A stretch of 61,712 bases of DNA from the NCBI GenBank assembly GCA_013286945.1, contig JABDET010000002.1, positions 1 through 61,712 of the forward strand, read 5' to 3'. The DNA is from Candidatus Melainabacteria bacterium. GTDB taxonomy: Bacteria; Vulcanimicrobiota; JABDET01. The translations under genes were made by a program, and so were the position numbers. Numbering within the stretch: the stretch's first letter is position 1; the number at the start of each line of letters is the position of its first letter. Positions 53,126-61,712 of this stretch are shown piece after piece. The notes below the pieces were generated by a model. The model worked only from the letters and a program-made list of their open reading frames with translations, was not told the DNA's origin and made no database searches.

Positions 53126-55761
53126 GTTGAGGTTCCGCCGATTCGCTGTGGGAGCAAGAGGGGTGCCCCATCGGCCCAATCTTCTCCCATGGCCAAATCA
53201 ACAACCAAGGGAATGTCGAGCGGATGGACATTCTCCATTTCTTCTTTAACCATTGATGCCAGTTGTTTCGCATCCGATTCTAAGACCTCGAACACGAGTT
53301 CATCATGGACCTGAAGGACCATGGTGGCAGCCAATTTTTGCTGCTCGATCTTTTCTTGGATGCGAGTCATGGCAATTTTGATCAAATCTGCGGCAGTTCC
53401 CTGAAGAGGCGCGTTCACCGCAATGCGTTCAGCTTGTTGGCGCATGAAGCTGTTTCCACTTTGCAACTCCGGCATTAACCGAATTCGCCCAAACAAGGTT
53501 CGCGTGGTCCCGCTGTTTCGAGCTTCGAGAACGGATTGTTGAAGATAAACCTCCACCTGAGGAAAACGTTCGAAGTATTTTCTTATGTACTCCCGTGCTT
53601 CTTCCCTCTTCATTTTCAGGCTTTGTGCCAACCCATGTTCGGTCATCCCATAAATAATTCCGAAATTGACCACCTTGGCCATTCGCCTCATTTCGGAAGT
53701 GATGTTTTCTTTGGAAACTCCAAAGACTTCTCCAGCGGTTCTGGCGTGGATGTCTTCCTGATTGAGAAAGGCTTCGCAAAGAACGGGATCCTTTGAAACA
53801 TGAGCAAGCAGGCGAAGTTCGATCTGAGAGTAATCCGCACTTAAGATTTTCCAATCAGATTTTTCGGCACGGAAAGCTTTTCGAATTTTCTTTCCATAAG
53901 ACGTACGGATCGGAATGTTTTGAAGGTTTGGATCTTTGGAAGAAAGCCTTCCGGTGGCTGTTCCCGTTTGGATATAGGTGGTGTGTAGTCTCTTGGTCTG
54001 TGCACTTACCATCTTAGGGAAAGTATCCAGATACGTGTTTTGAAGTTTAGAGAGTTCTCGGTATTGAAGTAGCGCCAAAGCAACAGGCGAATGCTCAGCC
54101 AAGCGTTCGAGTTCTTCCACATCGGTGGAATAGCCAGTCTTCCCTTTTCTCCCCTTAGGAAGGAGCAGTTTTTGATACAAGATTTCGGCAAGCTGTTTTG
54201 AAGAATTGATGTTAAAAACCGTTCCAGCTTGTTCATAAATTTGTTGTTCAAGCTTTGCCAAATCGGTTTTTAGCTCTTCGGACAGTTGTTTTAAGTACAC
54301 CAAATCGATGGCAATTCCGCTCCATTCCATTTGCGCCAGAACAGAGATCAGTGGCAGTTCAATCTTTTCGTAAACACTTTCAAGCTGCAGAGCTTGAAGC
54401 TTAACCTTAAGCGTGGTTCCAAGCTTAAGAAGCACAGAAGTCCAGCTTGCAAGAACCGCAGGTGATGGTGAACCTTTCGGTTGATCCGGGAGCGGAATCG
54501 CTAGATTTTCTCTTGCCAAATCCACGAGGGATGGGCTTGTTCGCAGGCTGTTGCAAAGCCAACCCGTGATCAGAACATCGTGAACAAGCCATTTCGGGGT
54601 TGGGAGTTTTTCAGCGCGAAATGCCAGTAAAAATGATTTCCAATCATAGACCATGGCTTCTTTCAACGAATCATGGGATACAAGTTGGTGAAGCGCTTTC
54701 TTGAAATGAGATGGGGGAATGATGAACCTTCTCTCATCAGGCAATTCGATACCGAGAAAGTGTTCATTCAGGAAAGGAGAAGGGGCTGGCCAAAGGAGCA
54801 AACCTGCTTGACTTGATTGCTTCAATTGTCCATTCATTTCATCGAGTAGATTTTCCGAGTCAACAAGCGTAAACTCAGGGGTTGTGAGGGTAACCGATTC
54901 TGAGAGACCAAGGCGTTCAATAAGGCCACTGAACTCCATCTCTTCAAGAAAGTGACGAAGTTTTTCCCGATTGAAGGGATTGAGTTGAGCGGTTTCAGGG
55001 TTAAACCCCAAGGGGGCGTCTTGCCTTAAGGTGACCAGATTTCGGTTAAGAGCGATCTTCTCGGCAGAAGTGCCGAGTGTCTCGCGGATCTTCGGCGGGA
55101 GTTCAGAAAGATGGTTGACAGCGTTTTCGAGGCTTCCCCATTCTTGAAGGAGCTTCGTAGCGCTTTTTTCTCCAAGGCCCGTAACTCCTACGATGTTATC
55201 GCTTGGATCGCCAACCAAGGCTTTTAAGTCAACAAGCTGTGAAGGATGAAGCGAAAAGCGTTTCTTGATTTCATCCAACGTGTACCGGGTTAATTGGCTG
55301 ATTCCCCGTCTGCTGGCCAACACCACCGTTTTTTCGTTAACAAGCTGGAGCAAATCGAGATCGCCAGAAAGAATGGCAATTTCTCCAGCTGTTTCTTGTG
55401 CTTGTTTCGTCACGGTGGCAATCCAGTCATCCGCTTCGTATCCGGGCTCTTCAATCACTGGGACATCCATGGCGCTGAAAAGTTCTTTCATGAGAGGGAG
55501 TTGGCTCAGAAAATCATCAGGGGGCTTTTGGCGATTCGCTTTGTACTCCGGATAGGCTTCGAGCCTGAATTTCGGGGTTTCTCGGTCAAAAAAGACCATC
55601 AGGTGCGTTGGCTTTTCTTCTTTTAAGATCTTAAAGATCATGTTTGCCATGGCAAGAACTGCCTGGGTGGATTGACCCTTGGAGTTGGAAAGAGAAGGCA
55701 TGGCATAGAAAGCCCGATACGCTAATGAATGCCCATCAACCAGAAGGAGTTTCATGGCCAT
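53122..55761 (-). CDS. polA: DNA polymerase I
   Basis: 5' nuclease N-terminus LLLVDGHSLAYRAFYA. Pol motifs DYSQIELR, RRMAKVVNFGIIYG, QVHDELVFE. Confidence 0.97.
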   Translation of the reverse strand: MAMKLLLVDGHSLAYRAFYAMPSLSNSKGQSTQAVLAMANMIFKILKEEKPTHLMVFFDRETPKFRLEAYPEYKANRQKPPDDFLSQLPLMKELFSAMDVPVIEEPGYEADDWIATVTKQAQETAGEIAILSGDLDLLQLVNEKTVVLASRRGISQLTRYTLDEIKKRFSLHPSQLVDLKALVGDPSDNIVGVTGLGEKSATKLLQEWGSLENAVNHLSELPPKIRETLGTSAEKIALNRNLVTLRQDAPLGFNPETAQLNPFNREKLRHFLEEMEFSGLIERLGLSESVTLTTPEFTLVDSENLLDEMNGQLKQSSQAGLLLWPAPSPFLNEHFLGIELPDERRFIIPPSHFKKALHQLVSHDSLKEAMVYDWKSFLLAFRAEKLPTPKWLVHDVLITGWLCNSLRTSPSLVDLARENLAIPLPDQPKGSPSPAVLASWTSVLLKLGTTLKVKLQALQLESVYEKIELPLISVLAQMEWSGIAIDLVYLKQLSEELKTDLAKLEQQIYEQAGTVFNINSSKQLAEILYQKLLLPKGRKGKTGYSTDVEELERLAEHSPVALALLQYRELSKLQNTYLDTFPKMVSAQTKRLHTTYIQTGTATGRLSSKDPNLQNIPIRTSYGKKIRKAFRAEKSDWKILSADYSQIELRLLAHVSKDPVLCEAFLNQEDIHARTAGEVFGVSKENITSEMRRMAKVVNFGIIYGMTEHGLAQSLKMKREEAREYIRKYFERFPQVEVYLQQSVLEARNSGTTRTLFGRIRLMPELQSGNSFMRQQAERIAVNAPLQGTAADLIKIAMTRIQEKIEQQKLAATMVLQVHDELVFEVLESDAKQLASMVKEEMENVHPLDIPLVVDLAMGEDWADGAPLLLPQRIGGTST

Positions 55762-55770
55762 CGATTCCTT

Positions 55771-56055
55771 CTAATGAATTTCAACATCACATTGAATCAC
55801 TTCGAGATCGGGTGCCCTTTCAATGAAGTGAATGATTTTTTGAATCACTGATTCTGCTTCGCGTGTAGCGGCACTGACACAAGCAACCCCTAAAGTGCAC
55901 CGCTGCCAGACGTCCTGATTTCCTACCTCCGCAATCGAAACTGGAAAGCGATGGAGAATTCGATCTTTCAACGATCGAATGACCATCCGCTTCTCCTTGA
56001 GGGATTGCGGTTGACTCGTCAGCCTTAGGTCAATTTCGCAAGCAACCACAATCAT
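55771..56055 (-). CDS. DUF503 protein (YlxP-like)
   Basis: MIVVACEIDLRLTSQPQSLKEKRMVIRSLKDRI...SIAEVGNQDVWQR. Confidence 0.8.
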   Translation of the reverse strand: MIVVACEIDLRLTSQPQSLKEKRMVIRSLKDRILHRFPVSIAEVGNQDVWQRCTLGVACVSAATREAESVIQKIIHFIERAPDLEVIQCDVEIH

Positions 56056-56987
56056 AAGGGGCCGGAAGTTTTTTCATTTCCGCGAAGGAGAGCTTCTGCA
56101 AACGCAGGAGGGTCAAAGGGCTGGAGATCGTTCATCGACTCCCCAACCCCAATAAACTTGATGGGAACTTGGAGTTCCTGACAGATGGCCAAGACAGCCC
56201 CCCCTCGAGCTGAACCATCCAACTTCGTGAGGATGATTCCAGAGATGGCCACTGCTTCTTTGAAGATCTTGGCTTGACTTAACGCATTTTGTCCAGTAGT
56301 GGCATCTAAGACCAATAGGGTTTCATGTGGAGCTTCCACGATTTCTTTTTGAATGACCCGTCGCATTTTTTTTAGCTCTTCCATCAAGTTGGTTTTGGTC
56401 TGAAGTCTTCCCGCCGTATCGATGAGAATCACATCGGCATGGCGGGCGTTTCCGGCTTTCACCGTGTCATAGGCTACGGCTGAGGGATCCGCTCCTTCTT
56501 TGTGACTGATAATCTCAACTCCCGCTCGTTCTGCCCAAACTTGCAGCTGATCGATGGCTGCAGCTCGGAAGGTATCAGCAGCCCCAAGAAAGACTTTTTT
56601 CCCTTGGCTTTTGAAATAAGCTGACAGTTTTCCAAGGCTCGTGGTCTTACCACTTCCGTTGACACCCACGATGAGAATCACGGTTGGCCCCGCAGAGGCA
56701 AAGCGGATTGGACTTAACTCTTTTCCAAGCAACGTAATGATTTCGGCCTTAAACAAATCAAAGAGCTTCCACGAGTCTTTGAGGTGATTCGCTTCTACGG
56801 CTTGGCGAAGTTTTGAAAGGAGTTGGGTGGTTGCGGGAACCCCGACATCGGCTTCAATCAAAAGCTCTTCAAGCTCTTCCCAAAGTTCTTCGGTAATGTC
56901 ACCTCGTCGGAAAAGATCGGTGACCTTTCCAAAAAAAGTGTCCCGAGTTTTGGTGAGCTTGTCGGTAAGTTCTGAAAGCCATTTCAT
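56052..56987 (-). CDS. ftsY: signal recognition particle receptor FtsY
   Basis: LIVGVNGSGKTTSLGKL, DTAGRL, TKLDGSARGG. Confidence 0.95.
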   Translation of the reverse strand: MKWLSELTDKLTKTRDTFFGKVTDLFRRGDITEELWEELEELLIEADVGVPATTQLLSKLRQAVEANHLKDSWKLFDLFKAEIITLLGKELSPIRFASAGPTVILIVGVNGSGKTTSLGKLSAYFKSQGKKVFLGAADTFRAAAIDQLQVWAERAGVEIISHKEGADPSAVAYDTVKAGNARHADVILIDTAGRLQTKTNLMEELKKMRRVIQKEIVEAPHETLLVLDATTGQNALSQAKIFKEAVAISGIILTKLDGSARGGAVLAICQELQVPIKFIGVGESMNDLQPFDPPAFAEALLRGNEKTSGPL

Positions 56988-57141
56988 CGGTCTTCTCCTC
57001 TATTCGATTCCCACTCTTGACAAATGGATCCTTCAGGGTTTAATGAAGCCCTATCGCTTGGCAGGTTTCACTTGCAAACCCACGAAGTTTTAACCCGTTT
57101 AGAAACATCAAAGATCATTCGAGGGAAAGGAGCAGTGCATC

Positions 57142-57534
57142 ATGCCAATAAGTCCCACGACCGCCCCCACGCAGCTTCCCCTACTCGGCTTTTTTGAAGG
57201 ACTTCAGAAGAACAGAGGCATATCGATGACGAGATTCCTTGTTGATATGGTGGATCAATGCATTAAATCCCCACCCGATGCGGAGGAGCGAAGATTGGAT
57301 GCCCTCAACCGCATGGCTTCATTCTTTAGCATAGGCGATGATGATCGAAGGGGAATTCAGGATCGCCTGGAAACTGCGGGAATTCACGATCAAGAGATCA
57401 TTTCACGTGTTGTTTCGACCGTTACCCTTTCTGCCTTTGCTGCCATGCTCGGACCGGAGAACCTTGAGAAAATGCTCCTTATAAGCAAGGGTTTCCATAA
57501 TCAAAATGCCGGGGTTCCGGCATCTGGCAAATGA
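57142..57534 (+). CDS. hypothetical protein
   Basis: 130-aa ORF with GGGAAAGGAG SD. No recognised motif. Confidence 0.5.
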   Translation: MPISPTTAPTQLPLLGFFEGLQKNRGISMTRFLVDMVDQCIKSPPDAEERRLDALNRMASFFSIGDDDRRGIQDRLETAGIHDQEIISRVVSTVTLSAFAAMLGPENLEKMLLISKGFHNQNAGVPASGK

Positions 57535-57573
57535 GAAATAGGATTGATTTTTGCCTGCAGGCGATGAGTAGCT

Positions 57574-58983
57574 ATGCCTGAACTTCAATTCTTAGGTGCC
57601 ACCGGAACGGTGACCGGATCGAAGTATCTCTTAACCACAGGGAATCAAAAAGTCTTAATTGATTGTGGTTTGTACCAAGGCCTTCCAGCGCTTAAAGATA
57701 AGAACTGGAAGCCGTTCCCGATTCAACCCAATGAAATTGATGCGATCTTTATTACCCACGCCCATCTTGATCACACCGGTTATCTTCCCAAGCTTGTTCA
57801 GCTCGGCTATCGCGGACCGATTTATGCCACTTCTTCCACCGCCGAATTGATGAACATTGTTCTCCTTGACTCAGCACATCTTCAAGAAGAGGAAGCTTCT
57901 TTTCACAAACAAGGGAATGGGTGTTGCCCAGATGCCGAGCCCCTTTATACGGTGCAGGATGCTTCTGAAGCGCTTCATTTGATTAAGCAAATTCGTTTTG
58001 GCGAAAAGTTCGAGCGAGGAAACCTTACGGTAGAATTTCTTCAAGCAGGACACATTTTGGGATCGGCCTTTATTCGAATAACGGTTAAAGAAAATGGAAC
58101 CGAGGAGACCATTTTATTCACGGGAGACATGGGACGGTATGGTTCTCCGATATTAAATGATCCGACACCCGTCACGGAGTCTGATTATCTTTTGCTTGAA
58201 TCAACGTATGGGGATCGAAGCCATTCGACGATCTCGCGAGAAGATGCTTTGCTCCCACCAATCCAAGAATGTCTAAAGCGGAAAGGGTGCCTTCTAATGC
58301 CTGCATTCACCATTGGAAGAACTCAAGAAATTCTTTACACGATCCGTGTGCTGCTTCAACAAAACAAAATTCCGCCGATTCCTGTGTACATTGATAGCCC
58401 AATGGCCATTGACGTAACGCACATCTATGCGACCCATCATGACGAACACGATCTCGATTTGGAAAAAATGGAAAAAGAAGGGAATTCCCCATTTCAATTC
58501 CCATCCTTGAACTACGTGAGAACGGTGGAGGCTTCAAAGGCATTGAATGAAGCAAAAGGCCCAATCATTATTATCTCGGCCAATGGAATGGCCACAGGTG
58601 GAAGAATCATGCACCACCTGGTTCACCGTTTACCCGACCCAAACACCATCTTGCTCTTTGTTGGTTATCAAGCAGAAGGGACTCGCGGAAGACAGCTCCT
58701 CGAAGGGGCAAAATCAGTGAAGATTTTTCATCAAGACATTCCAGTGAAAGCCACCATCATGCAGTCGGATACATTTTCCGCTCATGGAGATTTCACCGAA
58801 ATTCTCCGCTGGCTGGCTGGGTTCACCAAGCCTCCTGGGAAAGTTTTTCTGGTGCACGGAGAACCTGACGGGCGAGAAGGGCTGAAAAGACATATTCTCG
58901 AGAAATTCCCTTCGTGGAACATTGAGCTTCCCGCGGAAGCCGCGACCGAAGACTTAACCCTCACGCTGCGGCGTTCTTCCTAG
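57574..58983 (+). CDS. MBL-fold beta-CASP RNA-metabolising hydrolase (CPSF/RNase J-related)
   Basis: IDCGLYQG, ITHAHLDHTGYLP, beta-CASP ESTYGD. C-terminal FSAHGD...LVHGE. Confidence 0.85.
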   Translation: MPELQFLGATGTVTGSKYLLTTGNQKVLIDCGLYQGLPALKDKNWKPFPIQPNEIDAIFITHAHLDHTGYLPKLVQLGYRGPIYATSSTAELMNIVLLDSAHLQEEEASFHKQGNGCCPDAEPLYTVQDASEALHLIKQIRFGEKFERGNLTVEFLQAGHILGSAFIRITVKENGTEETILFTGDMGRYGSPILNDPTPVTESDYLLLESTYGDRSHSTISREDALLPPIQECLKRKGCLLMPAFTIGRTQEILYTIRVLLQQNKIPPIPVYIDSPMAIDVTHIYATHHDEHDLDLEKMEKEGNSPFQFPSLNYVRTVEASKALNEAKGPIIIISANGMATGGRIMHHLVHRLPDPNTILLFVGYQAEGTRGRQLLEGAKSVKIFHQDIPVKATIMQSDTFSAHGDFTEILRWLAGFTKPPGKVFLVHGEPDGREGLKRHILEKFPSWNIELPAEAATEDLTLTLRRSS

Positions 58984-59192
58984 CGTCCTGTCCCGCGAGG
59001 TTTCCATACAATCGTTCATACCTTTCGCTCATGGTACCCTTCCGACCGCGGTACTCCCACTTCTAACGTCGACCAGCGCATACGCGATATATTCCGGTTC
59101 CCGACGTTAGAAATGGGTCCTCCACGGTCGGAAATCCATTCGCGAAAGGTCAGAACAGATGTCTGGAGCAGTTGGCACAGGACGCTAGGAAG
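58976..59192. repeat. 217-nt imperfect long inverted repeat / rod-like structured element bridging two convergent stop codons
   Basis: Perfect 16-bp termini CTTCCTAGCGTCCTGT (58976-58991) / ACAGGACGCTAGGAAG (59177-59192), plus nested helices at 59021-28/59142-49, 59031-34/59136-39, 59040-51/59122-33, 59056-59/59114-17 and 59061-71/59102-12. Confidence 0.7.
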
Positions 59193-59913
59193 GGGGGATC
59201 TGCAATACCCCATTCTCGTCCACCCAAGGTTGGCGTAGAATCTTTTGCCGCTTATCTCCCCATTGAATGGCCTTCTTTACTGAATCAAAATGCGACAGTT
59301 CGGCAAGGGTGATCACGGTGGGGGGCATTAGGGGAAGAGCCCCTTCTTCATTTTTCTTGAGAGCAATTTGTGGACTCATCCATAGACCTTCCGAAGTTTC
59401 GTGCAGGTCGGGTGTGAGGTTGAACCCTTCCGGAAGCTCACTCATAAAAAAACAAGTGTTGTATCGAACGGGAAAAAGTGTTGGAGTAAGCCAATGGGCG
59501 TAATAGGTCAGTTTTTCGGGAGAGAGCTTCAATTGAAACGATTCGATCAAGGGAAGAAAACATTTACCTTCATGCAATTGGGTTCGAATCTCTTGGATCA
59601 CGTCAGGAGGGCAAGGCCTCTCCGAGAGAAGGAGCCCTGATTCTTCGAGCAATTCTCGGAGTGCTGCCACATGGAAACCAAGGGGTGATTTCGGAAGAAT
59701 ATCGGTCATTCTCTCTTCCATGGCTTCACGCGTGAGGTGTGAGAATAAGGAAAACCATCGCGGATTTTGATCTTCCTCGTCAACTTTTCCTCCAGGGAAT
59801 ACATAGGCCCCAGCAGCGAATTCAAGACTCCGCGATTTTCGAAGAAGGAAGACTTCGAGCAATTCCTTTCCTTGCCGAAGGAGAATCACCGTTGAAGCGT
59901 CTTGGGGTTCCAT
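59185..59913 (-). CDS. NUDIX-family hydrolase
   Basis: VFPGGKVDEED ... AALRELLEESGLLL (Nudix box with a long insert). Confidence 0.6.
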   Translation of the reverse strand: MEPQDASTVILLRQGKELLEVFLLRKSRSLEFAAGAYVFPGGKVDEEDQNPRWFSLFSHLTREAMEERMTDILPKSPLGFHVAALRELLEESGLLLSERPCPPDVIQEIRTQLHEGKCFLPLIESFQLKLSPEKLTYYAHWLTPTLFPVRYNTCFFMSELPEGFNLTPDLHETSEGLWMSPQIALKKNEEGALPLMPPTVITLAELSHFDSVKKAIQWGDKRQKILRQPWVDENGVLQIPPS

Positions 59914-60011
59914 AGGCTTTGGGATCCATTTTTGGCTTCTTGAAAGAAGTCCCCTCTTAAAAGAACAAATTGACGAAAGAGAAGGGGGGAAAGCGTCGAA
60001 TAGCCTAAGCT

Positions 60012-60203
60012 ATGGACGAAAAGCACGAGATTCCCGCAAGTCAGTTCCTGGTTCAGAAACATGCTGAAATTGAGGCTGGAGGTGGGGCCTGGCTCTCCTT
60101 GAAGATGTTTAAGAATCGTCAAGAAGCGGAGAAATATTTAAGCGATCTTCATCTTGGAGACCAGGGGCGTATCATCGAAGCTGTGTTTGAATCAGCTAAG
60201 TGA
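60012..60203 (+). CDS. possible small hypothetical protein
   Basis: 63-aa ORF between divergent genes. No convincing SD. Confidence 0.25.
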   Translation: MDEKHEIPASQFLVQKHAEIEAGGGAWLSLKMFKNRQEAEKYLSDLHLGDQGRIIEAVFESAK

Positions 60204-60213
60204 ACCGGTTTAA

Positions 60214-61712
60214 ATGTTAAGCTCCATTAATCCCAGAAACGGAACAGAAATTGGAAAAACTCAAATTGTTTCTCGAGAAGAGGTTTACAAAAAGGTAGCT
60301 CTTGCTCGGGAAGCACAAAAAGAATGGGGAAATAAACCCATTCGGGAACGACTTCACCATTTAAGAAATCTATGTCACCTCTTGTCTGAAAAAGCCGAAT
60401 CCTTTTCTGAACTCATCATGCAAGAAACCGGGAAATCGCTTGTGGATGCTTTAACCGGAGAGATTCTCCCCTCGCTCTTTTGGATTGATTATGTTTGTCG
60501 AAACAGCGAAAGGCTGTTGGCTCCTCGGAAGATTTCATCTGGTTTTCTCTTCAGCCATGAAAATGTGGTGACCTTCGATCCCCTTGGAGTGGTTGGGATC
60601 ATCACCCCTTGGAATTTCCCGGTGTACATTACACTCACGTCAGCCGCTGCCGCCCTTGCTGCTGGGAATACCGTGGTTACAAAGCCTTCACACCTCACTC
60701 CCCTGTGCATCTTGAAGCTAGAGGAAATCATAGAGGAAGCGGAATTTCCACCCGGTGTTTTCCAAGTCATTCCGGGTGATTCGACCACAGGAAGCGCCTT
60801 GGTTGAAGCGGGCATCGACAAAATCGTATTTACAGGGAGCGTAGAAGTAGGGCGAAAAATTGCCATGGAATGTGCCGAAAGATTTATCCCGTTCAGTTTG
60901 GAGCTTGGTGGCAAAGATCCGATGATTGTTCTTGAAGATGCTCCGATGCCACGAACGGTTCATGGAGCTTTGTATGGCGGGTTTTGTCATGCGGGACAAA
61001 TTTGCATGAGTGTGGAGCGAATTTATGTGGCTGAACCGATCGCGGAGAAATTTGTTCAAGGTGTTGTAGAGGAAACAGCCAAGCTTCAGTTGGGAAAAGA
61101 GATTAGTCCCATTCAAAGCCAGGAGCAATTGCTTAAAATACAAACCCAAGTCCAAGAAGCGATTGAACGGGGTGCCATTCTCCTCGTGGGAGGGAAACGG
61201 GTTGATTCTCCCGGCAATTTCTACCCACCCACAATTCTTTTTGATGTTCCGGAGAATGTCGCTCTTCTGAAAGAAGAGACCTTTGGACCGGTGATTCCAA
61301 TCCAGATTGTGAAAGATGAAGAAGAGGCGATTCGCCTAGCCAACGCAAGTTCTTATGGCCTGACCGCAAGCGTTTGGTCAAGGAATCTGGAAAGAGCCAA
61401 AAAAGTGGCAGAACAGTTGCATGCCGGGAGCGTTTACATCAATGACAACTTGACCCCTGCCGCCAATCCTCATGCTCCATGGGGAGGGGTTAAGGAAAGC
61501 GGAACGGGAAAGCAGCGGGGTGAATGGGGGTTGTACTCGATGGTTTCCGTGCGTCATTTTGGGTGGAACCGTTTTCTTTTCGCGAAAGATCCATTCTGGT
61601 TTCCCCGAACCAAGAAGCAAGAGAAACTTGCACTCAGTTTGATTCGCGGATTGTTCTCGAGGAAATTTCAAGACAAGCTGGCGGGCTTGTGGGATGCACT
61701 TAAGGCTTTTCT
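60214..61712 (+). CDS. aldehyde dehydrogenase family protein, C-terminus cut by window edge
   Basis: Absent from the ORF track because no stop lies in the window. My translation from ATG 60214 is MLSSINPRNGTEIGKTQ...GIITPWNFP...ELGGKDP...CHAGQICMSVERIYV...EETFGPV...GLTASVWS. Confidence 0.85.
   Translation, partial: MLSSINPRNGTEIGKTQIVSREEVYKKVALAREAQKEWGNKPIRERLHHLRNLCHLLSEKAESFSELIMQETGKSLVDALTGEILPSLFWIDYVCRNSERLLAPRKISSGFLFSHENVVTFDPLGVVGIITPWNFPVYITLTSAAAALAAGNTVVTKPSHLTPLCILKLEEIIEEAEFPPGVFQVIPGDSTTGSALVEAGIDKIVFTGSVEVGRKIAMECAERFIPFSLELGGKDPMIVLEDAPMPRTVHGALYGGFCHAGQICMSVERIYVAEPIAEKFVQGVVEETAKLQLGKEISPIQSQEQLLKIQTQVQEAIERGAILLVGGKRVDSPGNFYPPTILFDVPENVALLKEETFGPVIPIQIVKDEEEAIRLANASSYGLTASVWSRNLERAKKVAEQLHAGSVYINDNLTPAANPHAPWGGVKESGTGKQRGEWGLYSMVSVRHFGWNRFLFAKDPFWFPRTKKQEKLALSLIRGLFSRKFQDKLAGLWDALKAF

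Noticed and set aside
59016-59213. 65-aa minus-strand ORF inside the convergent spacer
   Set aside because: It lies entirely within the long inverted-repeat element, overlaps the Nudix 3' end, and has no SD. It is most likely a by-product of the palindromic sequence.
59581-59590. tRNA T-loop-like GGTTCGAATC
   Set aside because: It lies inside the Nudix coding sequence and no acceptor, D or anticodon arms can be built around it. No tRNA was found in the window.
1-61712. CRISPR arrays, IS elements or transposases, integrases, prophage genes and classic defence operons
   Set aside because: I saw no regularly spaced direct repeats and no transposase, integrase or phage structural signatures in any of the translated frames. 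The only nuclease-type genes (HNH, BFN, nfo, beta-CASP) are isolated and in housekeeping contexts.

Overview
61.7-kb chromosomal window from a flagellated bacterium. By eye it is about 45-50% GC; I did not compute this. All family assignments come from reading the supplied translations and recognising motifs, with no database search.

Layout:
- (1) 1-5.9 kb: housekeeping and accessory genes, namely a DUF2233 glycosidase, a large coiled-coil protein, HU, a SIS isomerase and PanE.
- (2) 6.1-23.3 kb: a flagellar export and basal-body cluster in Firmicutes/Spirochaete-like order, flgB-flgC-fliE-fliF | fliG-fliH-fliI-fliJ | (antisense gene) | SLT-fliK-flgE | fliM-fliN-fliO-fliP-fliQ-fliR | flhB-flhA. 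Strong hairpins and sigma70-like promoters punctuate it. It lacks flgD, fliL, motAB, flhFG, fliA and che genes.
- (3) 24.2-33.2 kb: rplJ-rplL with leader and attenuator, pdxST, a SAM hydrolase, an HNH nuclease, an Orn/Lys/Arg decarboxylase, an R3H AAA ATPase, tmk and holB.
- (4) 33.2-47.3 kb: mostly minus-strand genes, including mtnP, a BFN nuclease, ABC transporter genes, a TPR protein, an Mqn-family gene, REC-HD-GYP, aspA, PilZ, an AI-2E transporter, a Clp1-like kinase and pheST.
- (5) 47.5-61.7 kb: a PUR-like protein, HAD, nfo, DUF423, a triple-HTH protein, smpB, a thioesterase, coaE, polA, DUF503, ftsY, a beta-CASP RNase, Nudix and a partial ALDH.

I found no rRNA, tRNA, CRISPR array or transposase.

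Most interesting observations:
- a 217-nt rod-like inverted-repeat element whose perfect 16-bp termini contain the stop codons of two convergent genes (58976-59192);
- two tandem paralogous mini-ORFs (29 and 35 aa, missed by the ORF track), followed by a terminator-like hairpin that abuts the pheS Shine-Dalgarno (SD, ribosome-binding) sequence;
- a catalytically dead LMW-PTP-fold gene antisense inside the flagellar cluster;
- an archaeal/eukaryal-type Clp1 polynucleotide kinase homolog in the pheST operon;
- an AT-rich gene encoding three tandem XRE-like HTH modules;
- a FliM without the CheY-docking peptide.

I cannot name a single clear novel multi-gene system from sequence alone.
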